Positions 10,525 to 21,125 of a stretch of DNA of 60,900 bases are shown in pieces; within the stretch, counting starts at the first letter, position 1, and each line of letters begins with the position of its first letter. Made by a program: the position numbers and the translations under genes. The notes under the pieces are model-generated. The model saw only the letters and a list, made by a program, of their open reading frames with translations. It did no database searches and was not told the origin of the DNA. The stretch comes from an uncultured Clostridium sp. (lineage in GTDB: Bacteria; Bacillota; Clostridia; TANB77; CAG-508), in the NCBI GenBank assembly GCA_964587175.1, contig CAZPKK010000003.1, forward strand, positions 1 to 60,900. The letters are read 5' to 3'.

Positions 10525-11508
10525 ATGTCGATTAAGTTATTGTATGGTGAAGAAACCTATTTATTAGAAACGAAATTAAAAAGAATAAAAAAAGATTTTG
10601 GAGAGCTAATAAAAGGAATTAATTTTATACAATTAGATGAAACAAATATAGGTGAATTAATATCAGATGTGGAAACTCCTGCTTTTGGGTATGAAAAAAA
10701 GCTTATCATTGCAAGAAATACTAGGTTATTTAAAAAAGAAAAGAAAAATGCAAAGGGACAAGATGCTGTTTTAAATAAATTGATGATAAGGATTTCAGAG
10801 TATATAGAGGAGAATGTATCTTTAATAAATGAATCGACAGAATTGATTTTTGTAGAAGAAACAGTAGAAAAGAATGCTTTATATAAAGTAATTGAAAAAA
10901 ATGGTGAGGTAACAGAATTCGCATTATTAAAACTACCACAACTTATTCAAAATATTCAGAAAATATGTGAGGCATATAAAGTAAAAATAGACAATGAATC
11001 AGCTAAGTATTTTGTGGAAATATGTGGTACTTCTATGCAAGATTTGATAAATGAGATTAGAAAACTAATTGAGTATGTTGGGCAAGATGGCACTATTACA
11101 AAAAAGGAAATTGATTTATTGGCTATAAAGCAAATCGATAGTGTTATTTTTGATTTGACAGACAATTTAGGAAAAAGAGATACTAAAAAAGCTATGGAAG
11201 TTTTAAATAATTTGATTTATGAAAAAGAGCCTATCCAAAAAATATTGGTAACTTTGTATAATCATTTTAAAAAACTATATATAGTAAAAATTGCTGAGGA
11301 ATATAAAAAAGATTTAGCAACTTCAATGAAATTAAAACCAAATCAACTTTTTCTAACAACGAAATATAGAAAACAAGCAAGTTATTTTTCAAAAAAAGAA
11401 ATAGAAAATATTATGGAAGAATTTATTAACTTAGATGCTAATTATAAAGTTGGATTAATAGATATAAATATTGGATTAGAAGCAATACTTTGTAGATATT
11501 GTTCATAG
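10525..11508 (+). CDS. holA: DNA polymerase III delta subunit
   Basis: The N-terminus is HolA-like (LLYGEETYLLE) and the length is about 327 aa. Confidence 0.8.
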   Translation: MSIKLLYGEETYLLETKLKRIKKDFGELIKGINFIQLDETNIGELISDVETPAFGYEKKLIIARNTRLFKKEKKNAKGQDAVLNKLMIRISEYIEENVSLINESTELIFVEETVEKNALYKVIEKNGEVTEFALLKLPQLIQNIQKICEAYKVKIDNESAKYFVEICGTSMQDLINEIRKLIEYVGQDGTITKKEIDLLAIKQIDSVIFDLTDNLGKRDTKKAMEVLNNLIYEKEPIQKILVTLYNHFKKLYIVKIAEEYKKDLATSMKLKPNQLFLTTKYRKQASYFSKKEIENIMEEFINLDANYKVGLIDINIGLEAILCRYCS

Positions 11509-11514
11509 AAAGGG

Positions 11515-12957
11515 ATGATGTATATGGAAAAGTATGATTTAATAGTTATAGGGATGGGACCAAGTTCAATTTTCTTAGCTTATGAGTTAATACAGAAAAA
11601 TCAAGCAAAAGACATTTTACTAATTGAAGAGGGAAAAAGGGTAGAGGATAGATTTTGCCCAATTGAAAAGACTGGTAAATGTATAAAATGCAAACCTTTT
11701 TGTAATATAACTAGTGGCTTTTCAGGAGCAGGAGCATTTTCAGATGGAAAATTGTCTTTATATAATCCAGAAGATGATGATATATATGTAGGTGGTAATT
11801 TACATGAATATATAGGAGTACCTAGAACAAAAGAGTTGATAGATTATGCAGATAGCATATATTTATCATTTGGGGCAGATAAAAAGCTAGAGGGGATTGA
11901 ACATAAGGAAGAGATAGATAAGATAAAGAATAAAGCTAAAAAAGAAAGTATAAATTTAATAAGTATTCCAATAAGACATCTTGGGACAGAAAAAAGCCAC
12001 GAGATATATGCTAGAATTGAAAAGTATTTAGAAGAGCATGGAATAAATATGATGTTTAACACAATAGTAGAAGACATTATAATTGAGAAGGGAAAGGTAA
12101 AAGGAGTAAAAATAAAAAGTTCTAATAAGGTAAATGAAGATGTTGAATTAGAAAATGTTTATGGAGAAAAAGTAGTTATTGCAGTAGGAAGAAAAGGAGC
12201 AAATTGGCTTACAGAGCTTTGCAATAAGCATAATATTGCTACAAAAACAGGTACAGTTGATATTGGAATAAGATACGAGTTACCAGATAGAATTATGGAA
12301 AATGTAAATAAATATATGTATGAAGGGAAGTTTATAGGAAGGCCAGAGCCTTTTAGAGATAAGGTTAGAACCTTTTGTCAAAATCCTAGTGGGTTTGTGG
12401 CAAATGAGGTTTATGATAATGATCTAACTCTTGTAAATGGACATTCATATAAAGATAAGAAAAGTACAAATACAAATTTAGCAATTTTAGTATCACACAA
12501 TTTTACATATCCCTTTAATAAACCAATTGATTATGGTAGAAATGTTGCTAAAAATCTAAATGAATTAGGCGCTGGAAATATTGTGGTACAAAGATTAGGA
12601 GATATTTACAGAGGAAAAAGAACTTGGAAAAACGAATTAAAGGAAAATTCAGTAGTGCCTACATTAAAAACTGCTGTACCGGGAGATATTACTTTTGCTT
12701 TAGGATATAGGACAATGACAAATATATTGAGATTTATAAGAAGTCTAGATAAAGTGATTGAAGGTTTTGCAAATCCAGATAATTTACTTTATGGACCAGA
12801 GATAAAGTTTTATAGTAATAAGGTTGATGTGGATAATAATTTTGAAACTAATATAAAAGGTTTGTATTGCATTGGAGATGGTGGAGGAATGACAAGAGGA
12901 CTTATGATGGCTTCTTGTTCTGGAATTGAACTTGCAAGAATTTTAACAAGTAAATAG
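11515..12957 (+). CDS. FAD-dependent oxidoreductase (COG2509-like)
   Basis: A dinucleotide-binding N-terminus is present (YDLIVIGMGPSSIF), and GDGGG is near the C-terminus. The true start may be ATG 11524. Confidence 0.75.
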   Translation: MMYMEKYDLIVIGMGPSSIFLAYELIQKNQAKDILLIEEGKRVEDRFCPIEKTGKCIKCKPFCNITSGFSGAGAFSDGKLSLYNPEDDDIYVGGNLHEYIGVPRTKELIDYADSIYLSFGADKKLEGIEHKEEIDKIKNKAKKESINLISIPIRHLGTEKSHEIYARIEKYLEEHGINMMFNTIVEDIIIEKGKVKGVKIKSSNKVNEDVELENVYGEKVVIAVGRKGANWLTELCNKHNIATKTGTVDIGIRYELPDRIMENVNKYMYEGKFIGRPEPFRDKVRTFCQNPSGFVANEVYDNDLTLVNGHSYKDKKSTNTNLAILVSHNFTYPFNKPIDYGRNVAKNLNELGAGNIVVQRLGDIYRGKRTWKNELKENSVVPTLKTAVPGDITFALGYRTMTNILRFIRSLDKVIEGFANPDNLLYGPEIKFYSNKVDVDNNFETNIKGLYCIGDGGGMTRGLMMASCSGIELARILTSK

Positions 12958-13062
12958 AACAAAGAGATTTTTTGTAAATTAAAAGCAATGTAATGAATTA
13001 CAACAAAAAATGTATAAAAAGCTCCTTTTTTCAAAAAATAATGAAAAAAGGAGTGATTTTTT

Positions 13063-14001
13063 ATGTATAATTTTAGAACAGATTTAGCTTTAGAAAGAAG
13101 AGATTTATATAATAAAGCTAATAATATCGAGGAAGATATTGATGGAATTGAAGCTGAAGAAGAAAAGTTAAATGAAAATGTAATAATTTCAAGGGTAAAA
13201 GTTACAAATAGAAAAGGAGAAGAAGCAATAGGAAAGCCACAAGGAAATTATATAACAATTGATATTAAAAACTTAAAAGTTGCTCATGAACAAGAAATTC
13301 AGGAAGCGTCAGAGGTTGTTACAAGGGAACTAAAAACATTATTGGAAAAGCATGTAAATGCTCAAGACGCTATTTTAGTTGTGGGTCTGGGAAATATATA
13401 TGTAACTCCAGATGCTTTAGGACCAAAGGTTATAAATGAGATAGATATAACAAGGCATTTGCTAGAATATATGCCAGAAGTTTTAGACAAAAATACAAGG
13501 GAAGTGAGTGCTATATCTCCCGGTGTTTTGGGAACAACAGGAATAGAAACTCTAGAAATATTAAAGGGAATTGTAGATAATACTAATCCTAAATTAGTGA
13601 TTGTAATTGATGCTTTAGCTTCAAGGAGTATTGAGAGAATTAGTAGTTCAATACAGCTTGCAGATACTGGAATTGTGCCAGGTGCAGGTGTAGGAAATGC
13701 ACGAAGGGAACTTACAGAAAATACATTAGGAATACCTGTTATTGCAATGGGAATACCTACTGTTGTTGAAGCTGCAACTATTGCAGCTGATAGTTTGACC
13801 ATTTTGATACAGAAAATGCAAGAAGAAGCTAAATCAAATGATTATTTAAATCAATTACAGGAAGAAGATAAATATGAGCTAATAAAGGAAGTTTTAGTAC
13901 CAGAGGAATATAATTTTATTGTTACTCCTAAAGAAATAGATGGGTTAATTGAAAAAATGAAAGATGTGGTGGCAAGAGGAATAAATTTTGCTGTTAATTA
14001 A
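13063..14001 (+). CDS. gpr: Germination protease (GPR endopeptidase)
   Basis: The N-terminus RTDLALERRDLY and the length are typical of GPR. Confidence 0.88.
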   Translation: MYNFRTDLALERRDLYNKANNIEEDIDGIEAEEEKLNENVIISRVKVTNRKGEEAIGKPQGNYITIDIKNLKVAHEQEIQEASEVVTRELKTLLEKHVNAQDAILVVGLGNIYVTPDALGPKVINEIDITRHLLEYMPEVLDKNTREVSAISPGVLGTTGIETLEILKGIVDNTNPKLVIVIDALASRSIERISSSIQLADTGIVPGAGVGNARRELTENTLGIPVIAMGIPTVVEAATIAADSLTILIQKMQEEAKSNDYLNQLQEEDKYELIKEVLVPEEYNFIVTPKEIDGLIEKMKDVVARGINFAVN

Positions 14002-14298
14002 GTAAAAAACATTCAAGATAAAAATATATACAAATGCTTGAAGTATTGGAATCTTGGGATTTTTTTAAGAACAAAAACTCATGTAAAACAAGCAATATTG
14101 ATTTGACAATATTGCTTTTACATGGTAATATTATTGTTGTAAAAAGCAAGAATAGAATAATATTTAGTTTTTTTAGAATATTTTTGTAAATAAAAGCATG
14201 TTGGTGAAATTGTCGCTAATTTATTGACAGTAATGCTTAAATCTCACAAAGAAAAGGAAACAATATATTTGAAAAATAACAAATAAATGGAGGCGAAT

Positions 14299-16070
14299 AT
14301 GAAAAAAACAATTATATCTATAATAATTCCTGTATATAATTCCTTACTATACTTACCTAAATGTATTCAATCGATTGTTGTTGCTCAGAACTGTCTTGAT
14401 GAAATAGAAGTAATTTTAGTAGATGATGGTTCAAATGATGGAACAGAACAATTTCTAGATATATTAGCTTCAAAATATGAATTTATAAAAGTTTTACATG
14501 AACAAAATAGTGGCGGTCCAGCAACGCCTAGAAATATAGGATTAAAGGAAGCAAAGGGCGATTATGTGTTTTTCTGTGACAATGATGATTATTTTGCTCC
14601 TCATGCTTTAGATAAAATGTTAGAACATGCTCTCGAATGGAAGCCTGACGTAATGGCGGTAAAATTGGGCTATGATGGTTCTAGAGAAAATATAGGTAGA
14701 TCTATGTTTAAAAAAAGTGATGAAAACGTCGATATATATAATACAACAATTTCAAGAACACTAGGACCCTGGAAACTATATAATAGAAAATTTCTATTAG
14801 ACAATAATTTTGAGTTTCCAACCGATGGACCAGATGATAATCCATTTGTGTTAAGAGCCTATCTTTTAGCAAAGAAAGTATCTGTAGCTGCAGACCAAGA
14901 ATACTATTTTTGGACGAAAAAATATGATGATTCTAACTTAAGCAATCAAAAAAATAAATCTGAATGGTATGATTACAAAAAAATTTATAATTGTGCAATG
15001 AGAATTCTAAATGTATATAAAACATATGCTGATTACGAAAAAGGAAAAAAATATATGCTACCTAGAATTTTAAAATGGCCTGTTGAAGCATTTGAATATA
15101 TTCTTTTAAATGGTGATTCATCAGAAGAAAATAAAATTTATAATTTAAGAGAATTACTATTATTAGTTTGTGATAAAGAATACCTTAAAAAAAGTGCATC
15201 CTTCAAAGAATATGTACTATTATCCGTCTTAATTGACTTTAATGACTTTACGAAAGCGAGAGATATATTATTAAAATTCCGAGATAGAATGTGGATAGAA
15301 GAAGAAAATAGTGAAAAAAATGGATGTATCTATTCAATAAATAATGATTTTAAATTTGATGCAAGCTACTTTCTAGATAGCAAAATAGAAATTCAAAATA
15401 TAAAATATGTTAACAATAATATGATGATAAAAGGAAATGCTATTTTAAAAAATTTTAATCCCGCAGTAATTTATAATTCAAAAATAATTCTTAAAAGTTT
15501 CAACGGTGAGGAAAAAATAGAATTTCCTATGAATGCTATAAGAAAGAGTGATGAATATACTTTTATAGCAGAAATAAATTTTGGAAAATTTATAGATAAT
15601 TTACAGAAGTTAAACTTATATAATAAATGCATAAGATGGGACATATGTATTTCCATTCGGGGGGGGGGTTAGAGAAATTACAGCTAAAAGATAATATGGA
15701 ATTATTTACTATTTTTTCAAATTTCTTTGAATCAAATAATGAATATACTATAGTTCCTCACGTGAGTGATGGAAATGTTATGTGCTTTTGGTATATAGGG
15801 AAAAAAGAAAATAACTTTTCAAAAGAATTTTATCATTTTAGATTAAATAGACCATTTATAAATGAGCTTTTAATTCAAATGATTAAAGAAAAAGATTTTC
15901 AAACATTAAATAAATTATCTGAAGACATTAAAAATAATCATGTAAAAATAAAGATAAAAGATAATAAAAAAATTATTTATAATAAAAAAGAATACTCAGT
16001 AAATGATTATGCATATTTAGAAGCAGTTTTAAAATATAAAAAGCATTTTAAGATACAAAATAAATTATGA
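14299..16070 (+). pseudogene. Family 2 glycosyltransferase split at a poly-G tract
   Basis: The N-terminus is GT2-like (IIIPVYN...VDDGSNDGT). The ORF stops at 15672 just after G10. ORF 15627-16070 continues in the +1 frame with no SD of its own. Confidence 0.75.
15659..15668 (+). repeat. G10 homopolymer at the frame break of the GT2 gene
   Basis: Ten consecutive G residues in an otherwise AT-rich gene. With 11 G (or 8 G) the two ORFs fuse. Confidence 0.95.
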
Positions 16071-16208
16071 ATTTAGGAAAGAGAAACTTTAAATATTATA
16101 ATTACATAATTATATATTTATAATCTTAAACAAGCATAAAATCGTAAGTAATTCAAAAAAATTTGAAAAAATATCTATTAGTAAAGATTATAAACAAGGA
16201 GAATAACA

Positions 16209-17618
16209 ATGTATAGCGATAGAGAATTAGAGAAAAGAATTTTCACAGAGAATAAACAAAAATGGATTGATGCTTGTAGTAAAGATTATTTATCAAAAGA
16301 AAAAACAAAGGTTCAGAAAGTAAAAAATGGTATTATATTACCTTTGAAAAAGTCTGATAGTAGTACATATAGTGGAAAATACATGGGTGGAGTATGTGAT
16401 GAAAAATTTAATTTTTTAGGTGGACTTATTAGAAACATTAATAAAAAAATAAACTATTCATGTGAAGAAGCATATGAAGTAGATAAATCAGAAATTAAGT
16501 ATTATGATGAGGAAATAATTTTTGGAGGAGTTATTATTTCTACTTTTGGACATTTTATATTAGAGAGTTTATCAAGATTATGGTATCTTGTAGAAAATAA
16601 AAGCAATTATAGAATTGCTTTTGTAATAGCAAATAATACTTATAAAACGTATTTCAATGATTATTTTAAGTTATTGGATATTGATTTAGAAAAAATAATT
16701 TATATTGAAAGCCCTTCTCAATTTAAAAAAGTCATTATTCCAGATGAAACTATACATGCTTGGAGTAATTACAAAAAAAAGTATACAGTTATTTATGAAA
16801 AAATAATGAGTAATGTAAAAGCTAAAGAACATAAAAAAATTTATTTAACACGAACTCAATTTGAAAAACAAGATTGTTTTAATGAGGAGTATTTTGAAAA
16901 ATTTTATGAAAAGCGTGGATATAAAATTATTGCTCCAGAACAATATAGTATTGAAGAACAAATTGCTTATATAAAAGGTGCTGATGAAGTAGTTTGTACT
17001 CTTGGATCATTATCTCACTTGTTATTGTTTGCAAAACCTAAAACGAAATTGATTATTCTTGCTAGAGCAAATTTAAATCCATTGATTCCACAGTTGCTTG
17101 TTAATCAATCTAAAAAATTAGATTTTTATATAATTGATGTTTCATTTAACTTTTTACCAGTTCTTCATAATATAGGTTGTTTTTTAATTGGACCTTCTAA
17201 ATATTGGAAAGAATATTTAAATACAATTAATGAAAAATATACAGAAGAAGATGTTACTATGGATATAAGCAAATTTGCTTATAAATATTTAATAAAATGG
17301 TGTGAAACATTTTCTGTACAAAAAAATTGGAATTATGGTTTAACATCTTTTGATAATTTTGATATTCTTAATTCATTGTCTAAAGTTTTATTAGACAAAC
17401 CATTAAAGAGAAAAGAGTATAAGAATAGTTATAAAGATAAAGAAAAAGAGTATAAAAAAATAATTGAGAACTTAAATGGGAGCGCATGCACTTCAGAAGA
17501 TGAATTAAAAAAAGAGAACATAAAATTAAAAGAAGAACTTGAAAAAATTAAAAATTCTAAATCTTGGAGAATAACAGCACCTTTAAGAAAAATATTAAAA
17601 ATGATAAAAAAGAAATAG
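16209..17618 (+). CDS. GT61/DUF563-type glycosyltransferase with C-terminal coiled coil
   Basis: The motif FGHFILESLSRLWY is typical of DUF563. The gene lies in a polysaccharide locus. Confidence 0.65.
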   Translation: MYSDRELEKRIFTENKQKWIDACSKDYLSKEKTKVQKVKNGIILPLKKSDSSTYSGKYMGGVCDEKFNFLGGLIRNINKKINYSCEEAYEVDKSEIKYYDEEIIFGGVIISTFGHFILESLSRLWYLVENKSNYRIAFVIANNTYKTYFNDYFKLLDIDLEKIIYIESPSQFKKVIIPDETIHAWSNYKKKYTVIYEKIMSNVKAKEHKKIYLTRTQFEKQDCFNEEYFEKFYEKRGYKIIAPEQYSIEEQIAYIKGADEVVCTLGSLSHLLLFAKPKTKLIILARANLNPLIPQLLVNQSKKLDFYIIDVSFNFLPVLHNIGCFLIGPSKYWKEYLNTINEKYTEEDVTMDISKFAYKYLIKWCETFSVQKNWNYGLTSFDNFDILNSLSKVLLDKPLKRKEYKNSYKDKEKEYKKIIENLNGSACTSEDELKKENIKLKEELEKIKNSKSWRITAPLRKILKMIKKK

Positions 17619-17628
17619 TGGAGGTAGT

Positions 17629-18519
17629 ATGAAAGGTATTGTTTTAGCGGGTGGCAGTGGCACTAGATTATATCCAATAACAGAAGGAATAAGTAAACAA
17701 TTATTACCAATATATGATAAGCCAATGATATATTATCCTATATCAGTATTAATGCTTGCTGGTATAAAAGACATTTTAATTATTACCACTCCTCAAGATC
17801 AATCAGCATTTAAAAGATTATTAAAAGATGGTTCACAATTTGGTGTGAATCTTGAATATGTTGTTCAGCCATCTCCTGATGGATTGGCTCAGGCTTTTAT
17901 TTTAGGCGAAAAGTTTATAAATAATGAACCATGCGCATTAATGCTTGGAGATAACATTTTTTATGGTAATGGTTTTGTAAAAATGCTTAAAAGGGCTTCA
18001 CGTAATGCTTATAATGGAAAAGCTACTAATTTTGGTATTGAAGTTCCAGATCCTGAAAGGTTTGGTGTAATGGAGATTGAAGAAAAAGATGGTGAAGTAA
18101 AAATTATAAGCGTTGAAGAAAAACCAAAAATTCCAAAATCTAATTATGCAATTACAGGTTTATATTTTTACCCTAATGATGTTTGTGAAAAAGCAAAAAC
18201 AATTAAACCATCAGCAAGAGGAGAATTAGAAATAACGTCATTGAATGAATTATATTTAAAAGAACAAAATTTATTGGGTGAATTACTAGGTGGAGGATTT
18301 ATGTGGTATGATACAGGTACATTTGATAGTTTGTATAATGCTATTTCTTCTATAAAATCCAGTGAGCAAAATCGTGGTAGAGTAATTGCTTGTTTAGAGC
18401 AAATTGCCTATGATAATGGTTGGATAGACATAGATATTTTAAAACAAAGGGCAGAATTATTAAAAAAGAATAGTTATGGAGAATATCTAAATTCTTTAAT
18501 AAAAAAGATACGGAAGTGA
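17629..18519 (+). CDS. rfbA: Glucose-1-phosphate thymidylyltransferase
   Basis: The N-terminus is MKGIVLAGGSGTRLYPIT and the whole protein is RmlA-like. Confidence 0.93.
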   Translation: MKGIVLAGGSGTRLYPITEGISKQLLPIYDKPMIYYPISVLMLAGIKDILIITTPQDQSAFKRLLKDGSQFGVNLEYVVQPSPDGLAQAFILGEKFINNEPCALMLGDNIFYGNGFVKMLKRASRNAYNGKATNFGIEVPDPERFGVMEIEEKDGEVKIISVEEKPKIPKSNYAITGLYFYPNDVCEKAKTIKPSARGELEITSLNELYLKEQNLLGELLGGGFMWYDTGTFDSLYNAISSIKSSEQNRGRVIACLEQIAYDNGWIDIDILKQRAELLKKNSYGEYLNSLIKKIRK

Positions 18520-18524
18520 AAAAA

Positions 18525-19955
18525 ATGAAAAAAATAGAAACTAATTTAAAAGATTGTTATATAATAGAGCCAGATAAATTTGGAGATAACAGAGGATATT
18601 ATTCACCTTTTTTTGCTGAAAAAGATATTATTTCAAACGGACTTGAAAAATCTGTAAAAGGGATTGTTCAGGGGGCAAGATCTTTAAGTGGAAAAGGTAT
18701 TGTAAGAGGCCTTCATTTTCAAAAAGATCCATATTGTCAAGCTAAAATTGTAGAATGTCTAAGAGGTGCTGTACTAGATGTGGTAGTTGACTTAAGAAAA
18801 GACTCTCCTACATATAAAAAGTGGACAAGCGTAGAATTAACTCCTGAAAATGGTCGTCAACTTTTAATTCCAAGAGGTTTTGCTCATGGTTTTGTAAGTT
18901 TAAAAGAAGATACACTATTCCAATATTTAGTAGATAATGATTATTCTCCAACTCATGAAGATGGAATACTTTGGAATGACCCAAATATTGATATTGATTG
19001 GCAATTTGAAAAATACGGAATAAAAGAACCAATATTATCGGAAAAAGATAAGAAGAGAGAAACAATAGAAGAGATTGATCCAAATTTTTATACTCATAAA
19101 AGATATTTAGTAACTGGAATAAGTGGTCAATTGGGTTATGACATTGTAAGAGAATTAAATAGTAGAGGAATATATGATATTTTAGCTTTATCAGAGAATG
19201 ATATGGATATTACTGATAAAAGATTGGTAGAAAAAATTATAAAAGAATATAAGCCTGAAGTGGTATTTCATTGTGCTGCATGGACAAACGTAGATGGTGC
19301 AGAAGAAAACGAAGAACTTTGCTATAAAGTAAATGTTGAAGGAACAGAAAACATTACAAATCCATGTAGAGAAATAAATGCAAAGCTAATTTACATAAGC
19401 ACAGATTATGTTTTTGACGGAAAAAAAGAAGGTTTATATGAAGTATATGATCAAACATGTCCTCTAAATATATATGGAAAAAGTAAGGTGGAAAGTGAAA
19501 AAATAGTTAGAACATATGAAAAAAGTTTTATTGTAAGAACTTCGTGGGTCTTTGGAATAAATGGTAAAAACTTTGTAAAAACAATGTTAAAATTATCTGA
19601 AAGCAATCACGAATTAAGAGTAGTAGGAGATCAATTTGGAAGTCCAACTTATACAGTAGATCTAGCAAAATTACTAGTGGATATGTCTCTAACTTCAAAA
19701 TATGGAGTATACCATGCTAATAATAGTGGCTATTGTAGTTGGGCAGAATTTGCAGAATATATTATGAAAGTGAACAAAAAGGATGTAATTATAAATGGTA
19801 TACCAACTAGTGAATATCCAACTAAAGCAGCAAGACCAATGAATTCAAAGTTAAGCAAGAAAAGTTTAACAGAAAATGGTTTTGCAGAACTTCCATCTTG
19901 GCAAGATGCTATTGATAGATACATTATTGAATTGCAACAAGATAAAAGAAATTAA
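18525..19955 (+). CDS. rfbC-rfbD: Fused dTDP-4-dehydrorhamnose 3,5-epimerase / dTDP-4-dehydrorhamnose reductase
   Basis: The N-terminal ~185 aa are RmlC-like (GDNRGYY, RGLHFQ, PRGFAHGF). The C-terminal ~290 aa are RmlD-like (VTGISGQLG, STDYVFDG, YGKSK). Confidence 0.85.
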   Translation: MKKIETNLKDCYIIEPDKFGDNRGYYSPFFAEKDIISNGLEKSVKGIVQGARSLSGKGIVRGLHFQKDPYCQAKIVECLRGAVLDVVVDLRKDSPTYKKWTSVELTPENGRQLLIPRGFAHGFVSLKEDTLFQYLVDNDYSPTHEDGILWNDPNIDIDWQFEKYGIKEPILSEKDKKRETIEEIDPNFYTHKRYLVTGISGQLGYDIVRELNSRGIYDILALSENDMDITDKRLVEKIIKEYKPEVVFHCAAWTNVDGAEENEELCYKVNVEGTENITNPCREINAKLIYISTDYVFDGKKEGLYEVYDQTCPLNIYGKSKVESEKIVRTYEKSFIVRTSWVFGINGKNFVKTMLKLSESNHELRVVGDQFGSPTYTVDLAKLLVDMSLTSKYGVYHANNSGYCSWAEFAEYIMKVNKKDVIINGIPTSEYPTKAARPMNSKLSKKSLTENGFAELPSWQDAIDRYIIELQQDKRN

Positions 19956-19995
19956 AAAGCAACAAAAAAAGTACTTAGAAAGGGAAGAAGTTAAA

Positions 19996-20994
19996 ATGAA
20001 AATATTAGTTACAGGTGGAGCAGGTTTTATAGGCAGTAATTTCTTGCATTATGAAGTTAATAATTATCCAAATGATGATTTTGTATGTTTGGATGCTCTA
20101 ACTTATGCAGGAAATTATAACAATATTAAATCCTTAGAAAATAAACCAAATTATAAATTTGTAAAAGGAGATATTGCAGATAGAGACTTTATTGATAATT
20201 TATTTAAGAAAGAAAAATTTGATTTAGTTATTAACTTTGCAGCTGAATCACATGTTGATAATTCAATACTAAATCCAGGAATATTTATGAAAACCAATAT
20301 TATTGGAACTCAAGTTTTAATGGATGCAGCAAGAAAGTATGGAAATATTAGATATCATCAAGTATCAACAGATGAAGTTTATGGAGATTTACCATTAGAT
20401 AGAAAAGATTTGTTATTTACAGAAAAAACACCTATACATCCATCTAGCCCATATTCAGCTAGTAAAGCTAGTGCAGATTTATTAGTAGAGGCATATTATA
20501 GAACTTATGGTCTACCAATAACAATTTCTAGATGTTCAAATAATTATGGACCATACCAATTCCCAGAAAAATTAATACCAGTAGTTATTTCTAAAGCAAT
20601 GAATAATGAAGAAATTCCTGTTTATGGAACAGGTGAAAATGTTCGTGACTGGATACATGTACATGACCATAATATAGGGGTTGATTTAATTGCCAGAAGA
20701 GGGAAGATTGGCGAAGTATATAACTTAGGTGGACATTCAGAAAGAACAAATTTAGAATTAGTAAAAATAATATTAAAACAATTAGAAAAACCAGAAAGTT
20801 TAATCAGTTTTGTTTCTGATAGACCTGGTCATGACCTACGTTATGCAATAGATTCAACAAAAGCTGAAAAAGGGCTAAACTGGGATAGAACTTATACTTT
20901 TGAAGAAGGAATTAAGGAAACAATTAATTGGTATTTAGATAATCAAGAATGGATAGATAATATAAAATCTGGAGAATACAGAAACTATAAATAA
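19996..20994 (+). CDS. rfbB: dTDP-glucose 4,6-dehydratase
   Basis: RmlB motifs are present: MKILVTGGAGFIGSNF and YSASKASAD. ATG 19996 has an upstream GGGAAG SD. The longer track ORF overlaps rfbCD. Confidence 0.93.
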   Translation: MKILVTGGAGFIGSNFLHYEVNNYPNDDFVCLDALTYAGNYNNIKSLENKPNYKFVKGDIADRDFIDNLFKKEKFDLVINFAAESHVDNSILNPGIFMKTNIIGTQVLMDAARKYGNIRYHQVSTDEVYGDLPLDRKDLLFTEKTPIHPSSPYSASKASADLLVEAYYRTYGLPITISRCSNNYGPYQFPEKLIPVVISKAMNNEEIPVYGTGENVRDWIHVHDHNIGVDLIARRGKIGEVYNLGGHSERTNLELVKIILKQLEKPESLISFVSDRPGHDLRYAIDSTKAEKGLNWDRTYTFEEGIKETINWYLDNQEWIDNIKSGEYRNYK

Positions 20995-21032
20995 TATCTT
21001 TCTTGTTGTATAGTGACTATGCAGTAAGTCAA

Positions 21033-21094
21033 AAGTTTCATTAGGACGTGCGTATTTGCAAAGCAAGATTGCTACAAAAGGCGAAACCACTTTT
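21033..21094 (+). repeat. Conserved intergenic element, copy A
   Basis: The sequence aagtttcattaggacgtgcgtatttgcaaagcaagattgctacaaaaggcgaaaccactttt closely matches 23544-23604. Confidence 0.8.
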
Positions 21095-21125
21095 ATTATG
21101 ACGAAATAAAATAGAAGGAGAAAAG

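Noticed and set aside
15627-16070. An independent 147-aa protein starting at ATG 15627.
   Set aside because: It has no SD. The start lies inside the GT2 ORF, and the frame is contiguous with GT2 after a 1-nt change in the G10 tract.
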